From IMG/VR virus record IMGVR_UViG_3300010354_000053, positions 40,758-104,757 of that record: DNA of 64,000 nt. The stretch is one strand, 5' to 3'. Position 1 is the stretch's first letter; the number at the start of each line of letters is the position of its first letter. The notes under the pieces are model-generated. The model did no database searches. It was not told the origin of the DNA and was given only the letters and a program-made list of their open reading frames with translations. The position numbers were made by a program, and so were the translations under genes. The stretch is from a virus. This document shows, piece after piece, positions 36,927-46,160 of the stretch.

Positions 36927-37277
36927 TCATATACGTTCTACTAAAGAATTGATAATTAAATCATATTCTTTATCTCTAAAACGAGTCGCATCTTTGCAGA
37001 TAATTTTAAGAAATGGTATCAAGTCTGGTATATCGACGCTAGACCACAATAATGCATAGTGTTTATATTCTGGATATCTTGTGTAATAATTTGAAATAAA
37101 TTTAACGCTGTCTAAAAAAGACAGTTTTAATAACTTACATAGCTTGTACCGATCTCTAAATTTCAGATAGGAAATAGGCTCGCTAATAATAGTTTGCCTA
37201 TTATACATAATAACAATATGATTCCGATAATTAGACCAATCGGAAAGTTGTGTTAAATGGAATATTTCGATTTTCAT
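36927..37277 (-). CDS. Hypothetical protein
   Basis: 116-aa ORF. Confidence 0.45.
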   Translation of the reverse strand: MKIEIFHLTQLSDWSNYRNHIVIMYNRQTIISEPISYLKFRDRYKLCKLLKLSFLDSVKFISNYYTRYPEYKHYALLWSSVDIPDLIPFLKIICKDATRFRDKEYDLIINSLVERI

Positions 37278-37347
37278 ATTGTCAACTATTGCTCAGTTAG
37301 CATAAACGATTATTATGTATTAAATACCTAAAGGAGGTCTGTTCGCA

Positions 37348-37857
37348 ATGGCAAAAAGTCTAGAATTACGCGCATCTGTGAAATCTTTTTTATCTTCTAA
37401 TGCAAAAGAAAAATTAGCTTCTGGTGTTTCTGACGAAACTCTTGAAAAAGAACTATCTGCAGTGAGGGATTTTTTTAAGGTGAGGGAGGTGGACTCTGTC
37501 ATCAGCCTAAAACTTTCTCTAGAGAATATGCTTTGGAAACTATTTGAAAACGTAAAAGTACCAGAAAGCCCTCTTCGACTTAAAGCACACGAACGTTTTC
37601 TAGGAAGAGTCGCAGAAAGTTTGAAGGCAACTCTGGAAAGCGAAGAAATTCCAAAACTAGAAACTGCGGATTTAAAGCAAGTAATACATATGGTTGAAGA
37701 TCCTGAAGAATTTTCTAAACTAGAAGTTCCGTTTGAGTACACAGCCGAGGATGGAACTGTACGAGTACTGCCTCTGCCTGCAACCAATATTCTTCAAAAC
37801 GAAGGTTTTGTAAGTACTTTAGATGAAATTTTTCTTCCCTGCGTGGAGAGTAAATGA
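37348..37857 (+). CDS. Hypothetical protein
   Basis: Strong AAGGAGGT RBS; 169 aa. Confidence 0.65.
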   Translation: MAKSLELRASVKSFLSSNAKEKLASGVSDETLEKELSAVRDFFKVREVDSVISLKLSLENMLWKLFENVKVPESPLRLKAHERFLGRVAESLKATLESEEIPKLETADLKQVIHMVEDPEEFSKLEVPFEYTAEDGTVRVLPLPATNILQNEGFVSTLDEIFLPCVESK

Positions 37858-38210
37858 CGGTTATTGATTTTAATGAATATGTGAAGAATAAAAAATCTAT
37901 TGCACACGCGCCTTTTGAAAAAAACGAAGAAATGTTTAGGTCGGCGCTGTGTTTTCAGATTGAATCTTTGCTCAGATTAAATGGCTATCCATTAGTACGT
38001 GTTTTGTATCACAAAACAATGTATGTGTTTGTACTAAATATTAGTATTTGGGCATACCTGAAAATAAAAATGGCAGAATTTTTGGGTATTTTTTCATGGA
38101 AAAAGTCAATTTTAAATACAATAAAAACGCTTGATACAAATGCTTCAGAAATCAAAGTATTTCGGACTTGGCCTACAAATTATAGTATACAAAAAATACT
38201 CAATCTTTAG
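37854..38210 (+). CDS. Hypothetical protein
   Basis: ATGA overlap; 118 aa. Confidence 0.5.
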   Translation: MTVIDFNEYVKNKKSIAHAPFEKNEEMFRSALCFQIESLLRLNGYPLVRVLYHKTMYVFVLNISIWAYLKIKMAEFLGIFSWKKSILNTIKTLDTNASEIKVFRTWPTNYSIQKILNL

Positions 38211-38770
38211 GGGTGCTTTTTCTTGCGCCCCTTTTTCTTTTTTGCAGTGATGCTGCTAATTAAATTTTCGTCAATTTCTTCTTCAGCCGTCGAGGGCATA
38301 AAACCTTCTGTTACAGAATTAATTGGAAAATAAATATAATCATCGTCAACATCTTCTGTTAAGATTCCGCCTTGTTTTTTATGTATATCCATTATTTCTT
38401 GGATGTTTTTTTGTTTTCTAAGTTTTTCTAGGCCAGCCTCGTAGGCAGTTTTCACTTGTTCTTTAGTGATTCCAAGTCTTTTTGCAATATCATTTTCTGT
38501 AAACTGTTCATTTTCATGAATAGACATGAATTTAAAAAAACAATAACTAGCTTCATCTTCAGAAATAATACCCCAAATACACCCACCAGAATTAATATCT
38601 TCTGACATCATATGCCCTGGGTTATCTTTGTACCATTGAGCTTTTTGTAGACCGAGATTACAAATGCTAGTGGGATAACCATCTAGCTTAAGCGGACAAC
38701 ATTTTTTAAATCGAGACTTATTATCATCCTCAGTCTGAGACTGGCATGATAATTTCTTGTTGTTGTCCAT
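38207..38770 (-). CDS. Sigma-70 region 4-like HTH protein with Cys-rich N-terminus
   Basis: FTENDIAKRLGITKEQVKTAYEAGLEKLRK resembles sigma region 4.2. Confidence 0.65.
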   Translation of the reverse strand: MDNNKKLSCQSQTEDDNKSRFKKCCPLKLDGYPTSICNLGLQKAQWYKDNPGHMMSEDINSGGCIWGIISEDEASYCFFKFMSIHENEQFTENDIAKRLGITKEQVKTAYEAGLEKLRKQKNIQEIMDIHKKQGGILTEDVDDDYIYFPINSVTEGFMPSTAEEEIDENLISSITAKKKKGRKKKHP

Positions 38771-38996
38771 TTTCTCCTACCTTAGCTTCCTGTTGCGCTA
38801 AACTAGCATTAAACGCCGCCATCCACTCTTTATCTTTGGATAAAAGATAGGCAACAGCCTTCTCCAGTTCCTCCAATCGAGCAAACAGTTGGTATGAGTT
38901 TGCAATAAACTCATTTAACGTTTTTGCAAATTGTTCTGAAAGTTGTTCTTGTGTTTCTTGTGTTTGATCAGTCATTGTTTTCTCCTTTTTTATCAT
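38730..38996 (-). CDS. Hypothetical protein
   Basis: 88-aa helical ORF. Confidence 0.5.
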   Translation of the reverse strand: MIKKEKTMTDQTQETQEQLSEQFAKTLNEFIANSYQLFARLEELEKAVAYLLSKDKEWMAAFNASLAQQEAKVGENGQQQEIIMPVSD

Positions 38997-39432
38997 CAGA
39001 AACGTTTTCTATATCAATTTTATCTAGATAATCTTGAATATCCATACCAGCATACGTGGTAAGAAAAATATCTGCAATAATATCTTGTTTCATTGTTTCA
39101 AATTGTTCTAATTCAATATCTTGAAGAGAGCCTATAAATGATATCTGGGAAACAAGAGATGCGGTTAATGCTTTTACTGCTAAAACACTGAATTTTTTAT
39201 CATCTTCTGCTTTGTCAGTGTATTTTAATACAATCCCATCAATTTCTCGAATCATATCCGAGAGCCAAACAATCCATTTAGCGGCTTGGGTCTTATCTAT
39301 GCCTAGTTTATCAATATTTCCTGATAATTCTTTGTCAGATTGAATCATTTGTTTTGCTAAACTTAATTCGTAGCTTGAGTCGTCTTCTTTTTTTGATTTA
39401 TCTTTTTGTTTAAATTCAAAAATATTGGACAT
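38968..39432 (-). CDS. Hypothetical protein
   Basis: 154-aa ORF with GAGG RBS. Confidence 0.55.
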   Translation of the reverse strand: MSNIFEFKQKDKSKKEDDSSYELSLAKQMIQSDKELSGNIDKLGIDKTQAAKWIVWLSDMIREIDGIVLKYTDKAEDDKKFSVLAVKALTASLVSQISFIGSLQDIELEQFETMKQDIIADIFLTTYAGMDIQDYLDKIDIENVSDDKKGENND

Positions 39433-39483
39433 GTTTTTTTTCCTCTTAAAAATTATTTATTTATAAAAGGAAATAAAGCAAGG

Positions 39484-41502
39484 TTATTTAGGCTTAGAAG
39501 CTTCTTCTAGTAATTGTTTTAAGGATTTACCCATTGATTTTTTATTTTTTGATTCTAAACTAACGGCGTGTTTTTCTTCGGCATGTTTGAGTTTTTGCTC
39601 ATGTTGCTCTTTTTTTATTTCCATCATCTGTTGATGCTTTTCTTGCATTTGTTTTAATTCTTCTTCATTCATGTTTTGTTCATTCTCAGCAAGATCTTGT
39701 TCTCCTTGCTGCTCGCCTTGCTGCTGCTGTTCAGCTTGTTGTTGTTGAGCCTGCATTTGTGATTCCATTTGATGCGCTTGTAGCTCTAGTTGTGCTGTTT
39801 GTAACTTCATTTGTTCTGCTTGCATTGCCGGGATTTTTCCCTTTTGCTTTTGATAAGCATCGTTGATGGCTGGATCGATAAAAAAATCGAGTGATTGGTT
39901 TTTTAATGCATCTTTTTCTTTAAAGAAATAATGCCTTATTTCGGACATCTTCATGTATTTAGCAACTGATTGATGAAAAATTGGAGATGTGGGGACGTCA
40001 CCTCCGAACGGGAATACATCAAGTCTTTCGCTGTCAGACCAAATTTTGCCAAATGTACCAGAAGTTTGTAATTCTTCCTTATAAATAGCTAAATCGGCTT
40101 CTTTTGTATTTTGCCCTAATCCAATAGGCTCAATTCTCAAAATATCTTTAGCTTGAGGAAATGAATCTGCTATTAGATCATTTAATAAATCAAATAATGT
40201 TTCGGTTAATTGTCGAAGCCCGCGTTCTTCGCCTTGTACAATTTGTTCTTGTTTACCTGTGTCTCCCATAGTTGGTTTAGCGGAATCTAAGGCACCAAAG
40301 CCAATTTCTTGGGGTGAAATCTGAAAAGCGCCACAAACAATCATGAGAACGCGTTGGTATAAATTATTAAATTCTAGATCTTTTGCGGTAATGTTAAGAG
40401 GAACAAACTCTACATCAATTGGGCCTGCAACAATTGGAATTGTTGCGGAATTATCATTTCTAGCAACATAGTTGCTGAAAAGTTTTCTAAAAGCTTCTGC
40501 TTGTTCTGGACTTACCACACCAGTTTCTTGGGTTTTTAAATTAATAATACCTTTGGTTGCCAAGCCTTTAGTAAATGAGTTTTGTAGATATTGTTGAGCA
40601 TAAAAATGCATTGACACTGCATAAAACGCTTTTTCAATGGGGGCCATTGGATAGCCGTCTAAGTTTTCGTGAGCCTGTTTTTGAAGATAAGTCACGATTA
40701 AATCGTCTTCAGTGAAGAATGCAACATTTTTTCCGTCAATTCTTTGAACATATGCAATCGGACGACGACCTTTTTCAATATTTTTATAATCTTTTAAATC
40801 GTCTTCAGATTGATCTGCGACGTCTTTATCATTTCCAGATAAAGTTACATCTGCTTGGTCTAAAACTCTAAAAACTGTTTCTACGGGGACTGGTCTGAAC
40901 AGAACGGGCACACCTTCTTTTGATCTAATTATTTGAGTTGCACATCTTCCATAAACTAAAAGATTTCTAGCCTGAGCCCCTAAAAATTCTGCTAAATTAC
41001 ATGTTTTAAACGTAGTATCTGAACCTTGAAACACATGATCAAGAATTGTGCGATTGGTGGTTCCACAATTCAAAATATATTTGAAAATAATATTAGAAAG
41101 TTCTGTGCGAAATTTAATTTCTTCAGCTTTTTCTGTTTCATTTATTAAATTATCAATTTGTACTGGAATAACTTCTCTTAAAACAAACCCTCTATCATAT
41201 TTATTGGCAGATTTTCTGCCAAATGCCATAGATTGATTGGCACGAGTGTCGATAATTAAAGAAATAATTGAATCATAGTAGGCTAATTCCCGCAACTCTT
41301 TATCAGACATTCGCCCCTTTTTCTCAAAGAGGCTGTTAGAACTTGCATTTCTAGATTCAAGACTAAAAACAGCTTTACTCTGTTCAATTTTATCTTTAAT
41401 CAATTCGTTATTTTCTAACGGTTTAACTGATTTGGATAAATCGTCTACGTAAAAAGAGACTTGTCCCTGTTTATCTTTTTTGAAGAAATCGAAAAGTCCC
41501 AT
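39484..41502 (-). CDS. Portal protein
   Basis: IIDTRANQ, GYPMAPIE, F..G...KGII, KDLEF, ICGAFQISPQEIGF, GLRQL motifs of SPO1/K-type portals; Gln-rich C-terminal extension. Confidence 0.85.
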   Translation of the reverse strand: MGLFDFFKKDKQGQVSFYVDDLSKSVKPLENNELIKDKIEQSKAVFSLESRNASSNSLFEKKGRMSDKELRELAYYDSIISLIIDTRANQSMAFGRKSANKYDRGFVLREVIPVQIDNLINETEKAEEIKFRTELSNIIFKYILNCGTTNRTILDHVFQGSDTTFKTCNLAEFLGAQARNLLVYGRCATQIIRSKEGVPVLFRPVPVETVFRVLDQADVTLSGNDKDVADQSEDDLKDYKNIEKGRRPIAYVQRIDGKNVAFFTEDDLIVTYLQKQAHENLDGYPMAPIEKAFYAVSMHFYAQQYLQNSFTKGLATKGIINLKTQETGVVSPEQAEAFRKLFSNYVARNDNSATIPIVAGPIDVEFVPLNITAKDLEFNNLYQRVLMIVCGAFQISPQEIGFGALDSAKPTMGDTGKQEQIVQGEERGLRQLTETLFDLLNDLIADSFPQAKDILRIEPIGLGQNTKEADLAIYKEELQTSGTFGKIWSDSERLDVFPFGGDVPTSPIFHQSVAKYMKMSEIRHYFFKEKDALKNQSLDFFIDPAINDAYQKQKGKIPAMQAEQMKLQTAQLELQAHQMESQMQAQQQQAEQQQQGEQQGEQDLAENEQNMNEEELKQMQEKHQQMMEIKKEQHEQKLKHAEEKHAVSLESKNKKSMGKSLKQLLEEASKPK

Positions 41503-41513
41503 TCAAACACCTA

Positions 41514-42500
41514 TCATTCAATAGTACAGCTTTGTACCGAGACTGTAATTGGCTCAGAATTTTTATTCGTTGCGGCAACGCTAATTAAGTTAGTTGTTGC
41601 TGAAAACAATGCAGAACCCGTATTTCCATTAATAACTGGAAATTGATTCCCTGATGCATCAAAATCTAAATATATCGTACTATCTGCCTCAATACAGACA
41701 AAATTTATTAATCTTGAATAGAACAAAAATGGCGTATTGACTCCGCTAATTTTTGTTTCTGGAATAACTTGTGGATTATAAAAAATAATATCTCTATCTG
41801 TAACATCAATTACCTGAAAATCCTTTGATTTATTTTCGGAGTTGAATGCAGAGTTTGCTGCAATTCGGATTTTATCGCCAATTTGTACGCCTTCAGAAGA
41901 AAAAAATCTAATTACTGAATCAAAATTAGATCCTAAAGAAATATTAACTTCCTCAGAAATCATGCCATTATCACGAACTATTACCGAATTTCCTTCTATT
42001 GATAATACTGTATAGCCGTGACCAGTTGATGATGGATTAAGAGGAGATGCAAAGCTGGCGTCATTCTCTTGTAAATAAATAATATCTCCATTTAGAACAG
42101 AACTCAAATTTACGCCACCACCAGATAATGTAATTTTAATTGCCGTGGGGCTCATTCTTTGAGCGGAATACAGGGTTGTGGCAGAACACAAAATAGAACG
42201 GCCTATCCTAAAATTTGGAGGATTCCCAATACCAGTCCAACGCAGCCTACTAAGATCTACACCAATTTTTGGTAGAGAAATTTCAAATTCTGATGAATTC
42301 AAATTAGTGGCCACTGATCTAGCTGTTGATTGTAATAGAACAGTCTGGCCAGGTAAAATAGATCGTGTTTCACTAATCGGATTAGTAACAGAAAGTCCTT
42401 CCGACGAGGAAAGAAGATCAAAATTGCGTTGTTTTGGACTTTGTGACGCATTAGCGTCGTTATAACAAAGCCTTGAAATATAAAAGTTTAAAAGAGCCAT
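41514..42500 (-). CDS. Probable virion structural protein
   Basis: Beta-rich 328 aa between terminase and portal. Confidence 0.5.
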   Translation of the reverse strand: MALLNFYISRLCYNDANASQSPKQRNFDLLSSSEGLSVTNPISETRSILPGQTVLLQSTARSVATNLNSSEFEISLPKIGVDLSRLRWTGIGNPPNFRIGRSILCSATTLYSAQRMSPTAIKITLSGGGVNLSSVLNGDIIYLQENDASFASPLNPSSTGHGYTVLSIEGNSVIVRDNGMISEEVNISLGSNFDSVIRFFSSEGVQIGDKIRIAANSAFNSENKSKDFQVIDVTDRDIIFYNPQVIPETKISGVNTPFLFYSRLINFVCIEADSTIYLDFDASGNQFPVINGNTGSALFSATTNLISVAATNKNSEPITVSVQSCTIE

Positions 42501-42508
42501 GATTGCCC

Positions 42509-44428
42509 CTAGAATAAAATAGTTGCACTACCCGATTTTAACATTTTTTCTGCGTCTTCTTCGTTCTTTTTCTTAATATCTATATTGTATTCAGAAGCAT
42601 AATGAATACGCAATGCTTCTTGCATGCCTTCTACTGTAGTAAAACTAGGCTTTTTAGTATAATCAAACTGATCAGCCTGCGAAGCCTGAATTACCGATGC
42701 ATTGCTGGTTATAAATGGATCGATTGCATATCGAAGAGCGTCAGGACCATGGGTGAAATCGTCATCAGCAAATCGCGAGTAATCATACCCCATTGCCCCC
42801 TTAGCGTATGTCCAGTTTTCCATGCATTTAATTAAAAACAAATTTTTGGGGTCATCTAATATGATGAAATGCGCCTGTTGTCTCATTGCGTTCCATAATT
42901 TTGAACGAATCCATGATACGCCAGTATCAATAGTTAATGGTTTTTCTCCCCTAGCAGGCATATTCATGCTCCCCGCTACAGAAGTTGAAGATTTGTCGGC
43001 TGTGTCTGGACACAGGAGGTCAAATCCGTACTTAAGATAAATGTTTTCTTTCACAAAAGCAAGCCAGTCCGGATTTGCGTAACCGGTTGAATGTTCTGTA
43101 TGGAGAACAAGCATTTTATCGTCTGATTTTTTATATGCTATCAAAATAGCTACTGCTGGGTCAATGAATCCAAAGTCAACACCACAATGCAATCGCCAGC
43201 CATTTGCTCTTAGTTCTCTAATTAATTCATCTTTTGAAATATCACGTATGTTGCCAAATCGATCTGTAGGAAAGGTACTGAAGGCAAAGTTCCAACATTC
43301 TTGGACTGTCTTTACATGAATATTACGATTGAATTTATTGAACACAATACCCGAAGACTCAGGTTTTAAGTTAAGAATCTGTGCGTTAATCTTATCTGGA
43401 TCGCCGGCATTGAGCAGAGTATTCTTAACAAAGCCTAAGTCGCGTAGCATTTTTGATTTAGATTGTTGTTTAACTGATTTTGTTCGACAAATAGAAAATA
43501 CAGGACATGTTTTGCAGCCTTCATATGCCAATATAGATGAATATACAGCCTTAGATTCCGGATTAAGAGCATTAAATGCATTATTTGGCAATACTTCTAG
43601 CGTCTCGGGATGGACATGGAGCATACTTTGCGGTAAATCGGGCTTATGGCGCTCGGGTGGACATGTTTGCATCCAATCTACAATAGACCATTTGTGTAGT
43701 CTGATGCCTGAATTTGGCATATCTGCTTCGTCAATTTTTTGCTGGATTGGTCCAGAACCAGATTTTCTGGACGACAAGTAAATAAAGATTGGCGGTTTAC
43801 CAGAGCGGTCAGGGTCAGCAATGAAAGTTGCCTCAGAAAGAATATCTTTATCAATGAGGTCTAGCTCATCGAAAATGAGGCATGATGCACGTTGGGCGTT
43901 TGCAGACTTTTTAGTTGATACAACGACTTGTAGTTTGCTATATCCAACGGGACGATGAGGTGATGGTGGTAATCTATTAAGCTCTTTTATTCGTTTACTA
44001 TCAGTTTTTGCGAAATTAGAAATAATCGGCAAAGCGAGGTGCTTGTCCAAATAACGAATTGCGGCCAAAGATTGGTCTAAAATTGCTGCCATGTGGACTA
44101 TATCTCTGGCAAAATGAACCATAAGTAAGAATTCAATAATAGAAGATGCTAATGTTTTTGCTGAGTTACGGCTTGCAGCTACAACGAACGTTGTTCTGTT
44201 GGGATCGCCGTCTTTAGCGGCAGAATAAACGTCCCAGATAAAATCCATTGGATTAGAATTACTATTATCATCTACGGTGCAGTCCGGTAAATCAATATCT
44301 AAAAATGTCTTAATCCACTGCTTAAGCTGAGCTTTACTTTCACAAACAGCAAAAAATTGCTCTTCATACAGCTGATTTAACGCTGCATTAAGCTGATTTT
44401 CATTTGTTAATTGCTGTTTTTTATTCAT
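42509..44428 (-). CDS. Terminase large subunit
   Basis: AASRNSAKT Walker A variant, LIFDELD Walker B, GVDFGFIDP nuclease motif, HGPDALRY. Confidence 0.88.
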   Translation of the reverse strand: MNKKQQLTNENQLNAALNQLYEEQFFAVCESKAQLKQWIKTFLDIDLPDCTVDDNSNSNPMDFIWDVYSAAKDGDPNRTTFVVAASRNSAKTLASSIIEFLLMVHFARDIVHMAAILDQSLAAIRYLDKHLALPIISNFAKTDSKRIKELNRLPPSPHRPVGYSKLQVVVSTKKSANAQRASCLIFDELDLIDKDILSEATFIADPDRSGKPPIFIYLSSRKSGSGPIQQKIDEADMPNSGIRLHKWSIVDWMQTCPPERHKPDLPQSMLHVHPETLEVLPNNAFNALNPESKAVYSSILAYEGCKTCPVFSICRTKSVKQQSKSKMLRDLGFVKNTLLNAGDPDKINAQILNLKPESSGIVFNKFNRNIHVKTVQECWNFAFSTFPTDRFGNIRDISKDELIRELRANGWRLHCGVDFGFIDPAVAILIAYKKSDDKMLVLHTEHSTGYANPDWLAFVKENIYLKYGFDLLCPDTADKSSTSVAGSMNMPARGEKPLTIDTGVSWIRSKLWNAMRQQAHFIILDDPKNLFLIKCMENWTYAKGAMGYDYSRFADDDFTHGPDALRYAIDPFITSNASVIQASQADQFDYTKKPSFTTVEGMQEALRIHYASEYNIDIKKKNEEDAEKMLKSGSATILF

Positions 44429-45348
44429 AGCCCATAATACTTGCGGTTTCTTCCTTTTCCTTCAAGGAGACTGCAATATTTTCTAAACTCGCAAGCAATT
44501 CCTTCAATATTACAAGTTGTGATTAGTATTTTTTTATCATCCTTAGCTAAATAAGGAAAACTATCAACTGGTTGGTGTTTCATCAGAGTGAAGGCAACGT
44601 CTTCAGGTTTAGCTTTAGGATTGAGTATCTTACAAGTAGGGGCTGCTCCGCGACCCATTTCTAAATATTTAAACTCATCAATATATTCGGGAAATTGATA
44701 ACCAAAATCCATCATAATTTCTGTCATATGGAATGGATTTTTAAACCCTAGAATACTATGAATGCTATTTGTAAGATACTGTATGCTGTGTTTTTTGTTT
44801 GACATCAACAAATCATAAATAGGATGAACAAGTTCTGGTAATTTTTCATACAAAAATTCTTCGCGATTTTTAGCCCCAATAATTGACAATCCTGCTTGCG
44901 GAAACAAATAGGCTGTATTAAATTTAGGACCTTCTATTGAAGAAAACCTAGTTCTGGATTCTAAATTTTCAGATTTATCTAGGGAAATATTACCAGTAAT
45001 TTGAAGAGTGCTAGGCATATTAATATATCTAGCAAACATTATATTAAGTAATGCTAGTTTTTTATCGTGAAGGCACGGTTGTAGCCACTCGTGAATCCAC
45101 AATGAAACCTTATCAAGTTCTCTATAACAATTAGTGAAATAATTTCTGTTTAAAATTACATCTTCAGTCCATGGTCTAGGTTGTCCACTATCCTTAAGAT
45201 GAAAGATTTTCATTCTTTCGATTGCAAAATCCCAGTACCTTTGCTCAATCGCTGAATCTATTGCAACTTCTCGACCGTTCATCCATCCAAATTCTTGGTA
45301 TTGGTCAAAATGTTTATATAAATTTAAAGCTTTAGCTTTTGCACTCAT
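44425..45348 (-). CDS. aGPT-Pplase1 / 5-hmdU DNA kinase helical-domain family protein
   Basis: YWDFAIERMKIF...G.PRPWTEDVIL...FTNCYRELDKVS, FARYIN, GRGA, IEGIACEFRKY motifs. Confidence 0.85.
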   Translation of the reverse strand: MSAKAKALNLYKHFDQYQEFGWMNGREVAIDSAIEQRYWDFAIERMKIFHLKDSGQPRPWTEDVILNRNYFTNCYRELDKVSLWIHEWLQPCLHDKKLALLNIMFARYINMPSTLQITGNISLDKSENLESRTRFSSIEGPKFNTAYLFPQAGLSIIGAKNREEFLYEKLPELVHPIYDLLMSNKKHSIQYLTNSIHSILGFKNPFHMTEIMMDFGYQFPEYIDEFKYLEMGRGAAPTCKILNPKAKPEDVAFTLMKHQPVDSFPYLAKDDKKILITTCNIEGIACEFRKYCSLLEGKGRNRKYYGL

Positions 45349-46049
45349 CTAGTTTTAACCTTTTCCAACAATTCTAACAGCTCTAATCTATCTTTATCAG
45401 ATTTTTCTTCAATTAAAATGGGATCTATTGGTTGTGCTTCAATCGTTTCAACTTTATTTTTTGCAGGATTATTTAAATTCGCAACGTTCACATTAACCAC
45501 GGTGCCACTTGCCGACTTACCTTCAGCTTCTTTAGTTTGTAAAGATTGCAACATATCGAGTAGAGTCATAAAATCTCTATAGTTTTTTGGTATGAGCGGA
45601 CAGTTTTTTGCCTGTGTTGGATCTTTAATAACTTCGGCTAGTTGCTGCTTGTATAGTGCGGCTGTTGCAACAATTGCGTCGGTCACCAAATCGATGGCGG
45701 CAGCGTCCGCCCTTGTAACCTTTTCGCCTGCACGAACACTCGTGACCAATTTTTTTCGATCTTGCCATTTATAAAAAATACCGGTGTATAGCAAAATCCC
45801 CAAGGGAATGTTTAGTTTGTTAGCAATTTCTTCCCAACTTGCTCCCATATAGTAAAAATAAAAAGCGGATTGCTCTACCTGCGAGGGTAATCGACTACCA
45901 ATATTTTTAGCTGTTGTTTTTGCAAGTTCAAACTCCTCTACAGTCATATCTACTGGTCGTTCATCAAAACAACTTAATGGGTCTTCTCGTTTAATAAATG
46001 AAGATTCAGAATAGTTTGGTGTGATTGCATTTTTATTATTCTTTTTCAC
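45345..46049 (-). CDS. Putative terminase small subunit
   Basis: HTH GASWEEIANKLNIP...KW..RK, helical body, upstream of terL; GTG start with GAGG RBS. Confidence 0.55.
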   Translation of the reverse strand: MKKNNKNAITPNYSESSFIKREDPLSCFDERPVDMTVEEFELAKTTAKNIGSRLPSQVEQSAFYFYYMGASWEEIANKLNIPLGILLYTGIFYKWQDRKKLVTSVRAGEKVTRADAAAIDLVTDAIVATAALYKQQLAEVIKDPTQAKNCPLIPKNYRDFMTLLDMLQSLQTKEAEGKSASGTVVNVNVANLNNPAKNKVETIEAQPIDPILIEEKSDKDRLELLELLEKVKTR

Positions 46050-46091
46050 GGCTGAACCTCGAATTTGTTTAAATATATAGTATTTTTAAAG

Positions 46092-46133
46092 AAAATAAAA
46101 TGGCTCTGAAGACTTTTTGTCCCCAGAGCCATT
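46092..46133 (-). terminator. Rho-independent terminator after tail sheath gene
   Basis: AATGGCTCTG/CAGAGCCATT inverted repeat with T-tract on the minus strand. Confidence 0.7.
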
Positions 46134-46160
46134 GTTTTTTTCAACAACTTACTAAAACAA

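Noticed and set aside
39540-39830. CAG/CAA-rich repetitive DNA
   Set aside because: It encodes the Gln/Glu-rich C-terminal tail of the portal; it is not a separate repeat element or CRISPR array
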